A stretch of DNA of 64,000 nt from TPA_inf: Saccharomyces (GCA_000146045.2 BK006946.2:448001-512000); one strand, 5' to 3'; shown: positions 25,420 through 35,625, counted from the stretch's first letter. Numbers and translations are program-made. Notes: a model not told the origin generated them from the sequence alone.

Positions 25420-27453
25420 CTAACTAATGCTTCTCCCCTGCGAAGGAGAATCACCCAACTGTTCGTCACCAATGTACGTCCACCCACCAAACTGCTTTTG
25501 AATACTTGCACTTAAGTACTCGTCCACTACACTATCGATCGGTTTTTCCTTAGTGAACTCTTGATCAAAATTTGCAGTATCTATTTCACTCTTTACAATT
25601 GGCTTGTAAGGCGGAATATAGCCCTTCAAAAGTAGCTTTTTCCATGAGATGTCTTTAAAGAAAGGATGGTTACGAATTTCATCTGTACCGTTAACGCCGA
25701 GTCTTCTGCTTGGGTCTCTGCTTAAGAGGCCAATTAATAGGTCTTTTGCCGCAGGGTCAAATCCATCAGGAAATAGTAGCGGTTGCTGCAGAATTTTCTT
25801 GTACATAACAGGAACGTTCTCATCATAGTATGGTGGCAGCCCTGTCATCATCTCATACAGTAAGATACCTAATGTCCACCAGTCAACTGTTTTAGTATAG
25901 CCCTGCCCCAACAAGATTTCTGGTGCCAAATATTCGGGAGTACCACAGAAAGTGTCTGTTTTGTCATTATCCTTCATGTTCAGCTTGCAAAGCCCAAAAT
26001 CACACAGTGCAATATGTCCTTGGTAATCCAATAGAATGTTTTCAGGCTTTAGGTCACGATAAATGACGTCAAGTTTGTGTAATGAATCGAGAGCACATAA
26101 TAGTTCTGCAATATAAAAACGGGAGCGTGCTAGACTGAATCGTCCCTCGTGTTGTAAATGGTAGAACAGTTCACCGCCATTAATGAAAGCTAATACTAGG
26201 TACAACTTCTCCGGAGATTGGAATGAGAACTTCAACGGAACAATAAAGGGGCAGTCAACTCTTGCTAGGACAGTCCTCTCCGCTAAAGTATGTGTCACTT
26301 CACATTTCGATACAATATATGCTTTTCTCAGAGCCTTCAAAGCGTAAATCTTTTGGGTATCTTTTTTCCTTACTTGCATCACTTTGCCGAACGAACCCTT
26401 CCCGATAACCTTCAATAGATCAAAGTCATCAATGGAGAGAGGCTTGTTCTTAGAAGGTTTGTAGTCCACCGTGATATTTAATTTACCATATCCCCTTTCT
26501 AAAGAAATCCAATGGTGATTGTATAGTCTTATTTGGGCTGCAGAATCGATTTTTAAATTCAAAGGTAAATGGAAGGAGTCCAAATGGATATCCTGATTTG
26601 TATTGATTTTTTTTAAAATCTCCTTCAGTACTTCGTCCTGCTCGCCAATCTCCTGTTGCCAGTTTTTAGAGGGTAAAAGTAGGGATGGAATCCTTGCAAA
26701 GACATCGATTTTTAAAAATCGTAATTTTCTTGTTACATCAAATGTCGATATTTTGTTAAACACTGGTTGCTCCATCGTTCCCATATCTGGACTAATAGTA
26801 GTAATAGAATTATCAAATTCAATTGTAAAATAAAGTAATGGGCTTGAATTTGTTGACCCAGGTAACAATATAGAGGAAGGAATGAATTTAGTGGCAAAAG
26901 CTCTATCTATCAAGCCTTCCCCTGCTGAATCTTGATCCACTCTCTTGTATCGTGGTAGCTGCCGCATTATGGCTGCAACTTCGGAAGCGTCATTGGATGA
27001 TGAAGTAAGGATGCCGGAACTTAGTAGTTTTTGTAAAATAGTAGAGTTAGAGGTGATAGGGAAGGGAAGAGTAAAATCTTTACCAGAATACACCTTCACT
27101 GTCATTAGTCCGGATTCCGAACTCGGTCCCTGCGTCTCAGTAGACGACTGACTAGCTTTCCTTTCGGAAGCCTTAGAATTGTCATTTCCTATCCCCGATG
27201 GATTCTTGAAGGATGCATCATTACGTAATTTTGGAGAACTTAAGGAACTTGGGAGAGTCTCATTTGTATTGATCTTTCTTATATGGTGTTCGTGTTCATG
27301 ATTATGATTCTTCGGGCTACCATCGTGATGTTTTTCTCCATGGTGGAAATGAAACAGGCCATTACCCCACGATTTTTCATTTTCATCTTCACTACTCCCA
27401 TCATCTTCTTTGGACCTTCCTAACTTAAACTTGGATATTCGCCAGGAATGCAT
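25420..27453 (-). CDS. YPK2: AGC-family Ser/Thr protein kinase Ypk2 (SGK homolog), 677 aa
   Basis: ORF 25420-27519. Kinase motifs GKGSFGKV, YRDLKPEN, DFG and GTPEYLAPE, plus the C-terminal hydrophobic motif FGGWTY. Start at MHSWRISKF. Confidence 0.9.
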   Translation of the reverse strand: MHSWRISKFKLGRSKEDDGSSEDENEKSWGNGLFHFHHGEKHHDGSPKNHNHEHEHHIRKINTNETLPSSLSSPKLRNDASFKNPSGIGNDNSKASERKASQSSTETQGPSSESGLMTVKVYSGKDFTLPFPITSNSTILQKLLSSGILTSSSNDASEVAAIMRQLPRYKRVDQDSAGEGLIDRAFATKFIPSSILLPGSTNSSPLLYFTIEFDNSITTISPDMGTMEQPVFNKISTFDVTRKLRFLKIDVFARIPSLLLPSKNWQQEIGEQDEVLKEILKKINTNQDIHLDSFHLPLNLKIDSAAQIRLYNHHWISLERGYGKLNITVDYKPSKNKPLSIDDFDLLKVIGKGSFGKVMQVRKKDTQKIYALKALRKAYIVSKCEVTHTLAERTVLARVDCPFIVPLKFSFQSPEKLYLVLAFINGGELFYHLQHEGRFSLARSRFYIAELLCALDSLHKLDVIYRDLKPENILLDYQGHIALCDFGLCKLNMKDNDKTDTFCGTPEYLAPEILLGQGYTKTVDWWTLGILLYEMMTGLPPYYDENVPVMYKKILQQPLLFPDGFDPAAKDLLIGLLSRDPSRRLGVNGTDEIRNHPFFKDISWKKLLLKGYIPPYKPIVKSEIDTANFDQEFTKEKPIDSVVDEYLSASIQKQFGGWTYIGDEQLGDSPSQGRSIS

Positions 27454-27896
27454 GTTACTATATGTATATTTGTATACGCGATAATTTGACCCAGTTGAAC
27501 AATTCTGGTTTAGGAGCACTTTGGCTGAATTTTATCATTTTATTTATAAATCTAAGGATGACGGCCATTTTACAGATTTCTCGAGGGAAATATAATAAAA
27601 AACTCGGGGTAGGTAATCTGAATTCGGGGATACGCTAATTTGGGAAAAATTCGTGAATTAGATATAATTAGAAACAGCACTTATGAAGAAGATACTGCGA
27701 TTAACCAAAATATTCTCCTCCTTATGAAAAAAAAAAAAAAAAGACTCAGAAACCTATGCAATCGTTTGCTAATATGTCGAAATATGGATCTATTAAGTAT
27801 ATAAAGTATGTGTTCAAAAAATTGAAATTTTCTTCTTTACCGTTAATATTCATTGAAAAAGGTGAAAATCATTAAGCCATTAGTAAATCATTCGTT

Positions 27897-29606
27897 TTAA
27901 GTACGAACCGTTGGTTCTTCAGTTCCTAAAACTTGTTTAAAGTTCAAGAACTTGATGACCGAGTTAATAATTGGCTTCAAGTATTCTTCAGCTGTCTTTT
28001 GGTATTGTGATTTATCATCGCAGTATTTTTCAATGTACAATCTAATGGTAGCACCTGAAGAACCTGTACCTGACAATCTTAGAACGAATCTTGCACCATT
28101 GGAAAGCTTGACATATAAACCTTGATGGTCAGAAACAGAACCGTCCAAATCTGTGTATGAAAAATCACCACAATCGGTGACCTTAAGAGACTCATCGGCT
28201 GGGAAGGCGGAATTAACAACACCCGATTTGGTAACATATGCTCTCAATTGATCGACAATCTTGTTAGCTTTTTCTGTTTCAACTTTTTCAAAATCATAAC
28301 GAGTGAAGAAAGTACGGCCGTACTTTGCCCAGAATTCATTCTGTATCGTCTTAATAGAAGCTTCGTTCTCCGGATGATGCTTGTTGTAAATGGCCAAGAT
28401 GTTCAACCACGCCATAATGGCCCAAACACCGTCCTTTTCCCTTACGTGGTTGGAACCAGTACCAAACGATTCTTCACCACAAATAGATAATTTTTTAGCG
28501 TCGAACAAAGCACAGAAAAATTTCCAGCCAGTTGGGACCTCATAACAGTTTAGACCATGGGCCTTGGCAACACGGTCTATGGCTCCTGAGGTAGGGAATG
28601 AACGGGCCAGACCATATATACCTTGCTTGGCGAAATATGGGATTTCAGCTGCATATTCGGCAATAATTGCGACGGAGTCACCTGGAGAAACGAAAGATGG
28701 GCCGTAACCGTAAATCATATTTCTATCACCATCACCATCGGATGCAGCACCAAACTCAATCTTTTCACGATCTACTCTTTTCACTAACGAACTGGCATAA
28801 GTTAAGTTTGGATCTGGATGCATACCACCAAAATCCGGAGAAGGATGCCAGTTTTGTAAAACCTCATCCGCCGGTAAACCAAATTCATCAACGAAAATAG
28901 CCTTACCGTATGGTCCAGTTACACCGTTCATACTGTCAAACAGTAACTTCCAATTCTTAGTAGAACGTTGATTATCGATGAATTTCTTGATTAAGTCGAA
29001 ATCGAAGATTTCCTTCAAGAAGTTGACATAATCTTTTGTAATATCGATAATGTCAACGAGTAATGGACCGTATTTCTTGTTCTTGCCTATCGTACCCAAG
29101 TCTAGTTCTGGGAAGTCTTTGATAATCTTATAGCTGGTAAGCTTTTTGGAAATCTCCCAAATAGCATTTGTGACGGATTCAGGAGCAGGACCCCCATTGG
29201 ATAAGTTATACTTAATACCCATGTCATTTTCTGGACCACCTGGATTATGTGAGGCGGTTAAGATAATACCACCAGTACATTTTTCCTCGTAGGTTCTCAT
29301 GATGTGAGAAGCGGCTGGCGTAGACAGAAGACCATGCTGGCCAATAACTAACTTTTTAATACCGTTGGCAGCACCGATAGCGGCAATCTTATGAAGAATG
29401 ACATCATTGTAGTAACGCCCATCACCACCGACAACAAGAGTGGCACCTTTAGAACCCTCTGGAATAGCTTCCATGATCGATTGAATGAAATTTTCTGTGT
29501 AGTTAGGTTCGTCTTTAAACACCTTTGTCTTCTTACGCAAACCAGAGGTACCAGGCTTTTGGTCTTCATATGGTTTGGTGGGAACCGTTTCAATTTGAAA
29601 TGACAT
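27897..29606 (-). CDS. PGM2: Phosphoglucomutase (major isoform)
   Basis: 569-aa ORF with the phosphoserine active-site loop TASHNPGG and a GDGDRN metal-binding loop. Confidence 0.92.
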   Translation of the reverse strand: MSFQIETVPTKPYEDQKPGTSGLRKKTKVFKDEPNYTENFIQSIMEAIPEGSKGATLVVGGDGRYYNDVILHKIAAIGAANGIKKLVIGQHGLLSTPAASHIMRTYEEKCTGGIILTASHNPGGPENDMGIKYNLSNGGPAPESVTNAIWEISKKLTSYKIIKDFPELDLGTIGKNKKYGPLLVDIIDITKDYVNFLKEIFDFDLIKKFIDNQRSTKNWKLLFDSMNGVTGPYGKAIFVDEFGLPADEVLQNWHPSPDFGGMHPDPNLTYASSLVKRVDREKIEFGAASDGDGDRNMIYGYGPSFVSPGDSVAIIAEYAAEIPYFAKQGIYGLARSFPTSGAIDRVAKAHGLNCYEVPTGWKFFCALFDAKKLSICGEESFGTGSNHVREKDGVWAIMAWLNILAIYNKHHPENEASIKTIQNEFWAKYGRTFFTRYDFEKVETEKANKIVDQLRAYVTKSGVVNSAFPADESLKVTDCGDFSYTDLDGSVSDHQGLYVKLSNGARFVLRLSGTGSSGATIRLYIEKYCDDKSQYQKTAEEYLKPIINSVIKFLNFKQVLGTEEPTVRT

Positions 29607-29860
29607 GTTATGTTAACTTTTGTTACTTTTTTTACTGAGAAAGATTGGTTGATCTTCTTCTTATTATCCTATTGTTCAAGCAACGCTGAAGAAAGACATG
29701 GAACACTATCTTCGAAAATGAAACAATATTAACGGTACCTTTTTATATTTCCCACATTGTTCGGGCGGCAGTCATCCAGATTCTGAAAGAATCAACTATT
29801 TCTTTTACACTTTTCAACCCCTGTTTGTTCCTGGAACTGCACATAACAAAAGTATAACGT

Positions 29861-29965
29861 CCCCTTTCACGTAAGTTCCCCACGAAAAAAGTAGTGCGCG
29901 ACACCACCCCTTTTCGTGAGCTCCGCGCTTCTCTTCACCGAGCCTAAGTTGGGCCTCTCCCCCCT
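29861..29965. promoter_or_regulatory. Cluster of three STRE (CCCCT) stress-response elements in the PGM2 / YMR105W-A intergenic region
   Basis: CCCCT at 29861-29865, 29907-29911 and 29961-29965, which is 255-360 bp upstream of the PGM2 ATG. Msn2/4-dependent induction of PGM2 is established. Confidence 0.6.
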
Positions 29966-30063
29966 AGAAAGAACAAGTTGGCCCTGTTGTCCTTAGCTCG
30001 CAAGCTCAGGGGCAGCAGCGTGTGTTGAGATTAGAGAACCGCTCGACCTCAACGGATGATAGT

Positions 30064-30258
30064 ATGATTTTAGTACATACAGGGAACGTCCTCTACCCAC
30101 GTTTTATTGTTGTTGCATTTACTTTTGAACAGCGACAGGGGGGAAGGTGTAAAGGAGGAAAAGCAACCTGCATGGCTAGTGTTCAAAGTTACAAGGTAAC
30201 AATGCAAATCAGTAGTATGACAATTATTTACCCGCTATTTATTTTTTTTTCTCTTTAA
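30064..30258 (+). CDS. YMR105W-A, small ORF of 64 aa
   Basis: ORF 30022-30258. Internal Met MILVHTGNVLYPRF gives 64 aa, matching my recollection of YMR105W-A. Function unknown. Confidence 0.5.
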   Translation: MILVHTGNVLYPRFIVVAFTFEQRQGGRCKGGKATCMASVQSYKVTMQISSMTIIYPLFIFFSL

Positions 30259-30300
30259 CTGTGGTGACGAAAACATAACTCAAAGGATGTTAGACCTTTT

Positions 30301-32190
30301 TTAATTATTGCTATTGTTTGGACTTCCCCTACTGTGTTGTTCACCGCGCTTCAATAGCGTTTCTAGGTCCGGGATCTTTTCCCTCTCAAGCTCAGTTTTT
30401 AGTTCGGAGTCGAGTTTTAATTTGTCTACTTTCTTGATGCCGAGCACTTCAACCAATTTTGTGCTATCAAATTTCTTGTGCGTGTAAGGACTTATTTTGT
30501 TTTTCAATGAGTCAGGAAGCTCTGGGATTTCAAATTCCCTGGAATCATTGATCATCAGTTGGTGAATCCATTCCAGTAGCACCTGTTGTTGCCTGTAGAC
30601 AAAAACCGTGGGTATTCTAAGAGGATCCTTTTTGTTTTCCTCTTGGTCTTTATTTAAAGAGGGAAGTGGGAGAGTGGTGTCTGTTGTTACTTCGCCTATG
30701 GGTTGATAGTAGTTGCCTAACGGAATCTCTGGTAGCTCATCTGTATCCATTGAATCTACAAATTGTTCCATAAGCTCATCGATTTGATGCCCGTCTGTTT
30801 CCTTTTTCAGCGGTACCCCGGATGTAGTTGTTCGATCCAGAAGTTTTGGAAAATCAGTTACCCTCTCGTCTTCCGCGAATGGTAATCTACACAAGGTAAG
30901 GCTCTTAACAAACTTCTTCTCGGAATTAATGTTACTGTGCTCAATTAGAACGGGACACAATGCACACATATTCACTTCACTGTCTTTCTTGCTCACATAT
31001 CTTGCAACAGCAATTTTTCTATTTTCTAGCATAACATCCACTAGAGCACTGAAAGCCATTAAGTCAGATTGACAGCCAAGTCTTGTGTCGGCGGTAATGA
31101 AGGAGGATTCCGACGTCAAAAAGTACCTTGGAAGAGCTTCTCTATTCAAAAATCCTCTTAAATCCAAGCCTGGAAAAGATTCATATACAGTTTGATCGAC
31201 TAGAACGGACGGTAGCACTACGTAGTCTGCACCATAACGGTATGCCTTCGTTACAGAGTCTTTGGAGATGGTCACGGGAATGTATGACGATCCAGACTGG
31301 TCATCTTCACTGACATTTTTCTTATTTCCTTCGTTGTGAATTTCATATTCGATTATGGATTTGACCCCCACATACCTTTCTTTCTTCTGGGAGTCTTCCA
31401 CCTCAACAGCGGTTTTCCTATTTAAGCCTGAAACTGCTTTCGTAGCAGGAAAAGCCTCTACCTTGATACATAAGCAATTTTCATCTTGCATGCTGCCGCT
31501 AGGATTCGATGTTTGTGTTGATAATATATCTGCCCCTAACCTAAGCTCGCCTGAGAATACTCTTACTGGCTTAACGACAGATGTTGCTGGGGAAGTGATT
31601 TCAACAAGAAGTTCATTCATATTGTAGATTCTTGAATTCGGTATCGCTTCGACCAACTTTAACCAGTTCGATTTTTTCCTCTCCTCTTGAGTGTCTTTAC
31701 CGCAATCAATCAAAATGATTCTTGTGCTTAATTCTTCCGTTAGCAGGTCTATTTCTTCATCAGTAATATCCAGATCATCTAAATTGTCTGTAAATACAAC
31801 AATTTGTTTTAGAATTTTTCTTGCTTGAAATTGTTGTTTAATATCTAATGAGACGACCAACAGACATTGAATCATTGATTGTAAGCCTTCATTCGAACTA
31901 TCATGACTGTGCTGATCACAATATTGTTTCAGGCGTTTTATAAACCCAATGGTGGCCGTCGTGGTAACAGGAGCCAAAAAGGATTGTATTTGGAACACAT
32001 TTGGTATTTCCTGGGAATTCTCAGATACGGGACAATTAGCGAGATAACAGCTTATCCAATCTGTTTTTCTACTTTTTTTAGATTTGTTTAATAGAGTGTA
32101 CTCTAGATATGCCATAGATTTGGAAACATTATTATTTTTCATCATTGATGGTGAAACATCCACGATGAAAGTTGTTGACTCACTTGACAT
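30301..32190 (-). CDS. YKU80: Ku80 subunit of the Ku heterodimer (NHEJ, telomeres), 629 aa
   Basis: ORF 30301-32232. Start at MSSESTTFIVDVSPSMM. Recognised. Confidence 0.9.
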   Translation of the reverse strand: MSSESTTFIVDVSPSMMKNNNVSKSMAYLEYTLLNKSKKSRKTDWISCYLANCPVSENSQEIPNVFQIQSFLAPVTTTATIGFIKRLKQYCDQHSHDSSNEGLQSMIQCLLVVSLDIKQQFQARKILKQIVVFTDNLDDLDITDEEIDLLTEELSTRIILIDCGKDTQEERKKSNWLKLVEAIPNSRIYNMNELLVEITSPATSVVKPVRVFSGELRLGADILSTQTSNPSGSMQDENCLCIKVEAFPATKAVSGLNRKTAVEVEDSQKKERYVGVKSIIEYEIHNEGNKKNVSEDDQSGSSYIPVTISKDSVTKAYRYGADYVVLPSVLVDQTVYESFPGLDLRGFLNREALPRYFLTSESSFITADTRLGCQSDLMAFSALVDVMLENRKIAVARYVSKKDSEVNMCALCPVLIEHSNINSEKKFVKSLTLCRLPFAEDERVTDFPKLLDRTTTSGVPLKKETDGHQIDELMEQFVDSMDTDELPEIPLGNYYQPIGEVTTDTTLPLPSLNKDQEENKKDPLRIPTVFVYRQQQVLLEWIHQLMINDSREFEIPELPDSLKNKISPYTHKKFDSTKLVEVLGIKKVDKLKLDSELKTELEREKIPDLETLLKRGEQHSRGSPNNSNN

Positions 32191-32620
32191 TATTATGGTG
32201 TGAGATATATTATTTGTGCATATGTCCTGCACTCTCGTTAATTAGGTTTTCTTCTCTTGATGATGCCCTTTTTTTTTATTCATTTTTTTGCATGACAACA
32301 AATGCCCTGACGGACATGCGGTAATCTAGTTGAAAAAATAGTCAAATTGTGTCGACACTGTAAAAAGGTACTTCCGCTAATAGACTACAAACATTACTCC
32401 AAGACCAGAAACAGAAATACGTTACAATAGTGTTGTCGAATCCTGGCAATGGTAAATTGTTTTTAACGCCCTCCAACTGCTAATCTTTGGTTGACGGTAC
32501 ATTCATCTATTATAAGAACTAAATATATAGATTAACTAGAAAAGGCCAGATGTCTTAAGTGTATATATTTTGAATGAGAATTATGTATGCAGCATATTTA
32601 CTTGAATCTTCAAAAAAAGA

Positions 32621-32693
32621 AGCCCTGTAGGGGGCTCGAACCCCTAACCTTATGATTAAGAGTCATACGCGCTACCGATTGCGCCAACAAGGC
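32621..32693 (-). tRNA. tK(CUU): tRNA-Lys (CUU)
   Basis: Reverse complement is GCCTTGTTGGCGCAATCGGTAGCGCGTATGACTCTTAATCATAAGGTTAGGGGTTCGAGCCCCCTACAGGGCT, with CTT anticodon and B box GGTTCGAGCCC. The oligo(dT) terminator appears as AAAAAAA at 32612-32618 on the + strand. Confidence 0.95.
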
Positions 32694-32923
32694 TACTTAT
32701 TGTTATTTACCGTCAGCTTGTATTCTTATATGTTGAGCTGGTTTTTTATCTCAGCTTTTACTTTCTCAAAGTTAATAAAACTATTCTTCTAGAACTTTTT
32801 TTCTGGATTTCGGTTGCTGAACTAGTTCAACAAAAATATTTATTTTAAAATTAAACTGGTTCAAGGTCTCATAGTCGATCATTTCCAATCAATCAAAGCA
32901 ACCCACAAATCCTAGGCTGAATC

Positions 32924-33187
32924 ATGATATCGATGGAAGCAATCAACAATTTTATCAAGACCGCACCAAAGCACGACTATCTGACAGGCGGAGTTCATCA
33001 TTCTGGTAATGTAGACGTGTTACAATTAAGCGGCAATAAAGAAGATGGTAGTTTAGTATGGAACCATACTTTTGTTGATGTAGACAACAATGTGGTAGCT
33101 AAGTTTGAAGACGCTCTCGAAAAACTTGAAAGTTTGCACCGGCGCTCATCCTCATCCACAGGCAATGAAGAACACGCTAACGTTTAA
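32924..33187 (+). CDS. Uncharacterised 87-codon ORF between tRNA-Lys and a delta LTR pair; coding status uncertain
   Basis: Intact ATG-to-TAA ORF, not low-complexity, with moderately yeast-like codon usage. I cannot match it to a named gene. Confidence 0.25.
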   Translation: MISMEAINNFIKTAPKHDYLTGGVHHSGNVDVLQLSGNKEDGSLVWNHTFVDVDNNVVAKFEDALEKLESLHRRSSSSTGNEEHANV

Positions 33188-33213
33188 CCGAGGGGAGTCA
33201 CTTCATAATGATG

Positions 33214-33545
33214 TGAGAAATAAGTGAATATTGTAATAATTGTTGGGACTCCATTGTCAACAAAAGCTATAATGTAGGTATACAGTATATACTAGAAGTT
33301 CTCCTCGAGGATCTTGGAATCCACAAAAGGGAGTCGATAAATCTATATAATAAAAATTACTTTATCTTCTTTCGTTTTATACGTTGTCGTTTATTATCCT
33401 ATTACGTTATCAATCTTCGCATTTCAGCTTTCATTAGATTTGATGACTGTTTCTCAAACTTTATGTCATTTTCTTACACCGCATATGATTATATACTAGA
33501 AACATGAATACTACTAAATAGATGATAAATGGAGTTTCATTGCAA
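33214..33545 (-). mobile_element. Ty1/Ty2 delta LTR, reverse orientation, moderately diverged
   Basis: Reverse-complement match to the delta 3' region (TGAGAAAT...ATTGTTGGGA.TCCATTGT...CTCGAGGAT...). Ends abutting a second, forward delta. Confidence 0.7.
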
Positions 33546-33570
33546 TGGTGATAATGATTGTGATTTTATT

Positions 33571-33920
33571 TGTTGGAATAACAATCAACTATCATCCATT
33601 CACTGGTATCAATATTACTGGTATATTATCTTATATGGTGTAGGAAGATGGCATAATATTGAGAAACGGCTATCGGATGTGGTAAAAGCTAAAATGCGAA
33701 GATTGATAATGTAACAGGATAGTGAACGACAACGCATAAAATGGAAAAAGAGGTAATATCGTTATTATGTAAAATTATTTGTGTCCTTTGTGGACTCTAA
33801 GATCCTTGGAAATTTAAATGACCGGAGAATGAGGTCGCTATAATAGTTTCTATACTCATGGAAAATGCAACCGATAAACCATTATAAATCTTCGCGGTTA
33901 TCTGGCATTGTTATTAACCA
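33571..33920 (+). mobile_element. Delta-like LTR, forward orientation, strongly diverged (old insertion)
   Basis: Starts TGTTGGAATAACAATCAACTATCATCC (delta 5' end). Internal similarity to delta (GCTAAAATGCGAAGATTGATAATGTAACAGGATAG). The 3' boundary is approximate. Confidence 0.55.
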
Positions 33921-34907
33921 AAAAAATGCCGGCCTATTACAAGCTACTGTTCAATAAATATTGTTGTAATGAAGACGGTCCAACTGTACAAATACAGCAA
34001 ACTGTCATATATAAGGAGTCTTATGTGACAGCACTTGCGTTATTGTCAGCCGGAGTATGTCTTTGTCGCATTCTGGGCTTTTTACTTTCTGCTCAGAAGG
34101 AAGTACGAACAAGAAAAAAAAATCACCAATGCTTCCCTTTTCAGTATTAGTTTCATATTTGTTTACGTTCAAACTCGTCGTTTGCGCGATAACCTCTAAA
34201 AAAGTCAATTACGTAACTATATCAATCAGAGAATGCAAAAAGCACTATCATAAAAATGTGTCTAGGGGATGTGAGACATGTCAATTATAAGAAGTGATGG
34301 TGTCATAGTATATATATCATAAAAGATTATCAAAGTTTCAATCCTTTGTATTTTCTAGTTTAGCGCCAACTTTTGACAAAACCTAAACTTTAGATAATCA
34401 TCATTCTTACAATTTTTATCTGGATGGCAATAATCTCCTATATAAAGCCCAGATAAACTGTAAAAAGAATCCATCACTATTTGAAAAAAAGTCATCTGGC
34501 ACGTTTAATTATCAGAGCAGAAATGATGAAGGGTGTTAGCGCCGTCCACTGATGTGCCTGGTAGTCATGATTTACGTATAACTAACACATCATGAGGACG
34601 GCGGCGTCACCCCAACGCAAAAGAGTGACTTCCCTGCGCTTTGCCAAAACCCCATACATCGCCATCTGGCTCCTGGCAGGGCGGTTGATGGACATCAGCC
34701 GCCTCCCTTAATTGCTAAAGCCTCCACAAGGCACAATTAAGCAATATTTCGGGAAAGTACACCAGTCAGTTTGCGCTTTTATGACTGGGTTCTAAGGTAC
34801 TAGATGTGAAGTAGTGGTGACAGAATCAGGGAGATAAGAGGGAGCAGGGTGGGGTAATGATGTGCGATAACAATCTTGCTTGGCTAATCACCCCCATATC
34901 TTGTAGT

Positions 34908-34917
34908 GAGTATATAA
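34908..34917 (+). promoter_or_regulatory. TATA box (TATATAAATA) about 100 bp upstream of the SPG4 ATG
   Basis: Consensus TATA at the appropriate distance from the ORF start. Confidence 0.5.
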
Positions 34918-35013
34918 ATAGGAGCCTCCCTTCCTATTGCAACTCCATAAAATTTTTTTTTGTAGCCACTTCTGTAACAAGATAAATAAAACCAACTAAT
35001 CGAGATATCAAAT

Positions 35014-35361
35014 ATGGGTAGTTTTTGGGACGCATTCGCAGTATACGACAAGAAAAAGCACGCAGATCCAAGTGTATATGGAGGAAACCATAACAACACA
35101 GGAGACAGTAAAACGCAGGTTATGTTTTCGAAAGAGTACCGTCAACCTAGGACACATCAGCAAGAGAACTTGCAGAGCATGAGAAGATCTTCCATAGGAT
35201 CACAGGACAGTTCCGATGTTGAGGACGTTAAGGAAGGGAGATTACCCGCAGAAGTAGAAATACCAAAGAATGTTGACATCTCTAACATGTCGCAAGGTGA
35301 GTTTTTAAGACTTTACGAAAGTTTGAGGAGGGGGGAACCCGACAATAAAGTAAATAGATAA
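35014..35361 (+). CDS. SPG4: Stationary-phase protein Spg4
   Basis: 115-aa hydrophilic ORF MGSFWDAFAVYDKKKHADPSVYGG... recognised. Confidence 0.85.
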   Translation: MGSFWDAFAVYDKKKHADPSVYGGNHNNTGDSKTQVMFSKEYRQPRTHQQENLQSMRRSSIGSQDSSDVEDVKEGRLPAEVEIPKNVDISNMSQGEFLRLYESLRRGEPDNKVNR

Positions 35362-35615
35362 ATGGAGGAGATATTCATAGTGTCTTTTCTTGTGTTGTCT
35401 ATTTATTCTAACATGATTATATATTTATTATGCTTTTCAGTGTTTCCATTAGTTTTATATGATAGCATCCTTATGTCTTTTTTCATACCTATATAAGCAA
35501 TAAGAAGTTATGTAAACAGAACTTTGCCACTAATACCATAATTACTGTCTTTTAGTATCATTGTCTGTCAGTCGGCACGGATGAAAGGTGACAAACGCCT
35601 AGCCGCCGGAGCCTG

Positions 35616-35625
35616 CCGGTACCGG
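35616..35625. promoter_or_regulatory. Leu3-type UAS (CCGGTACCGG) in the ILV2 promoter
   Basis: Perfect CCGG-N2-CCGG everted repeat about 460 bp upstream of the ILV2 ATG. ILV2 is an established Leu3 target. Confidence 0.6.

Noticed and set aside
33529-33714. 61-aa ORF spanning the junction of the two delta elements
   Set aside because: It lies entirely within LTR sequence and is a chance ORF in repeat DNA.
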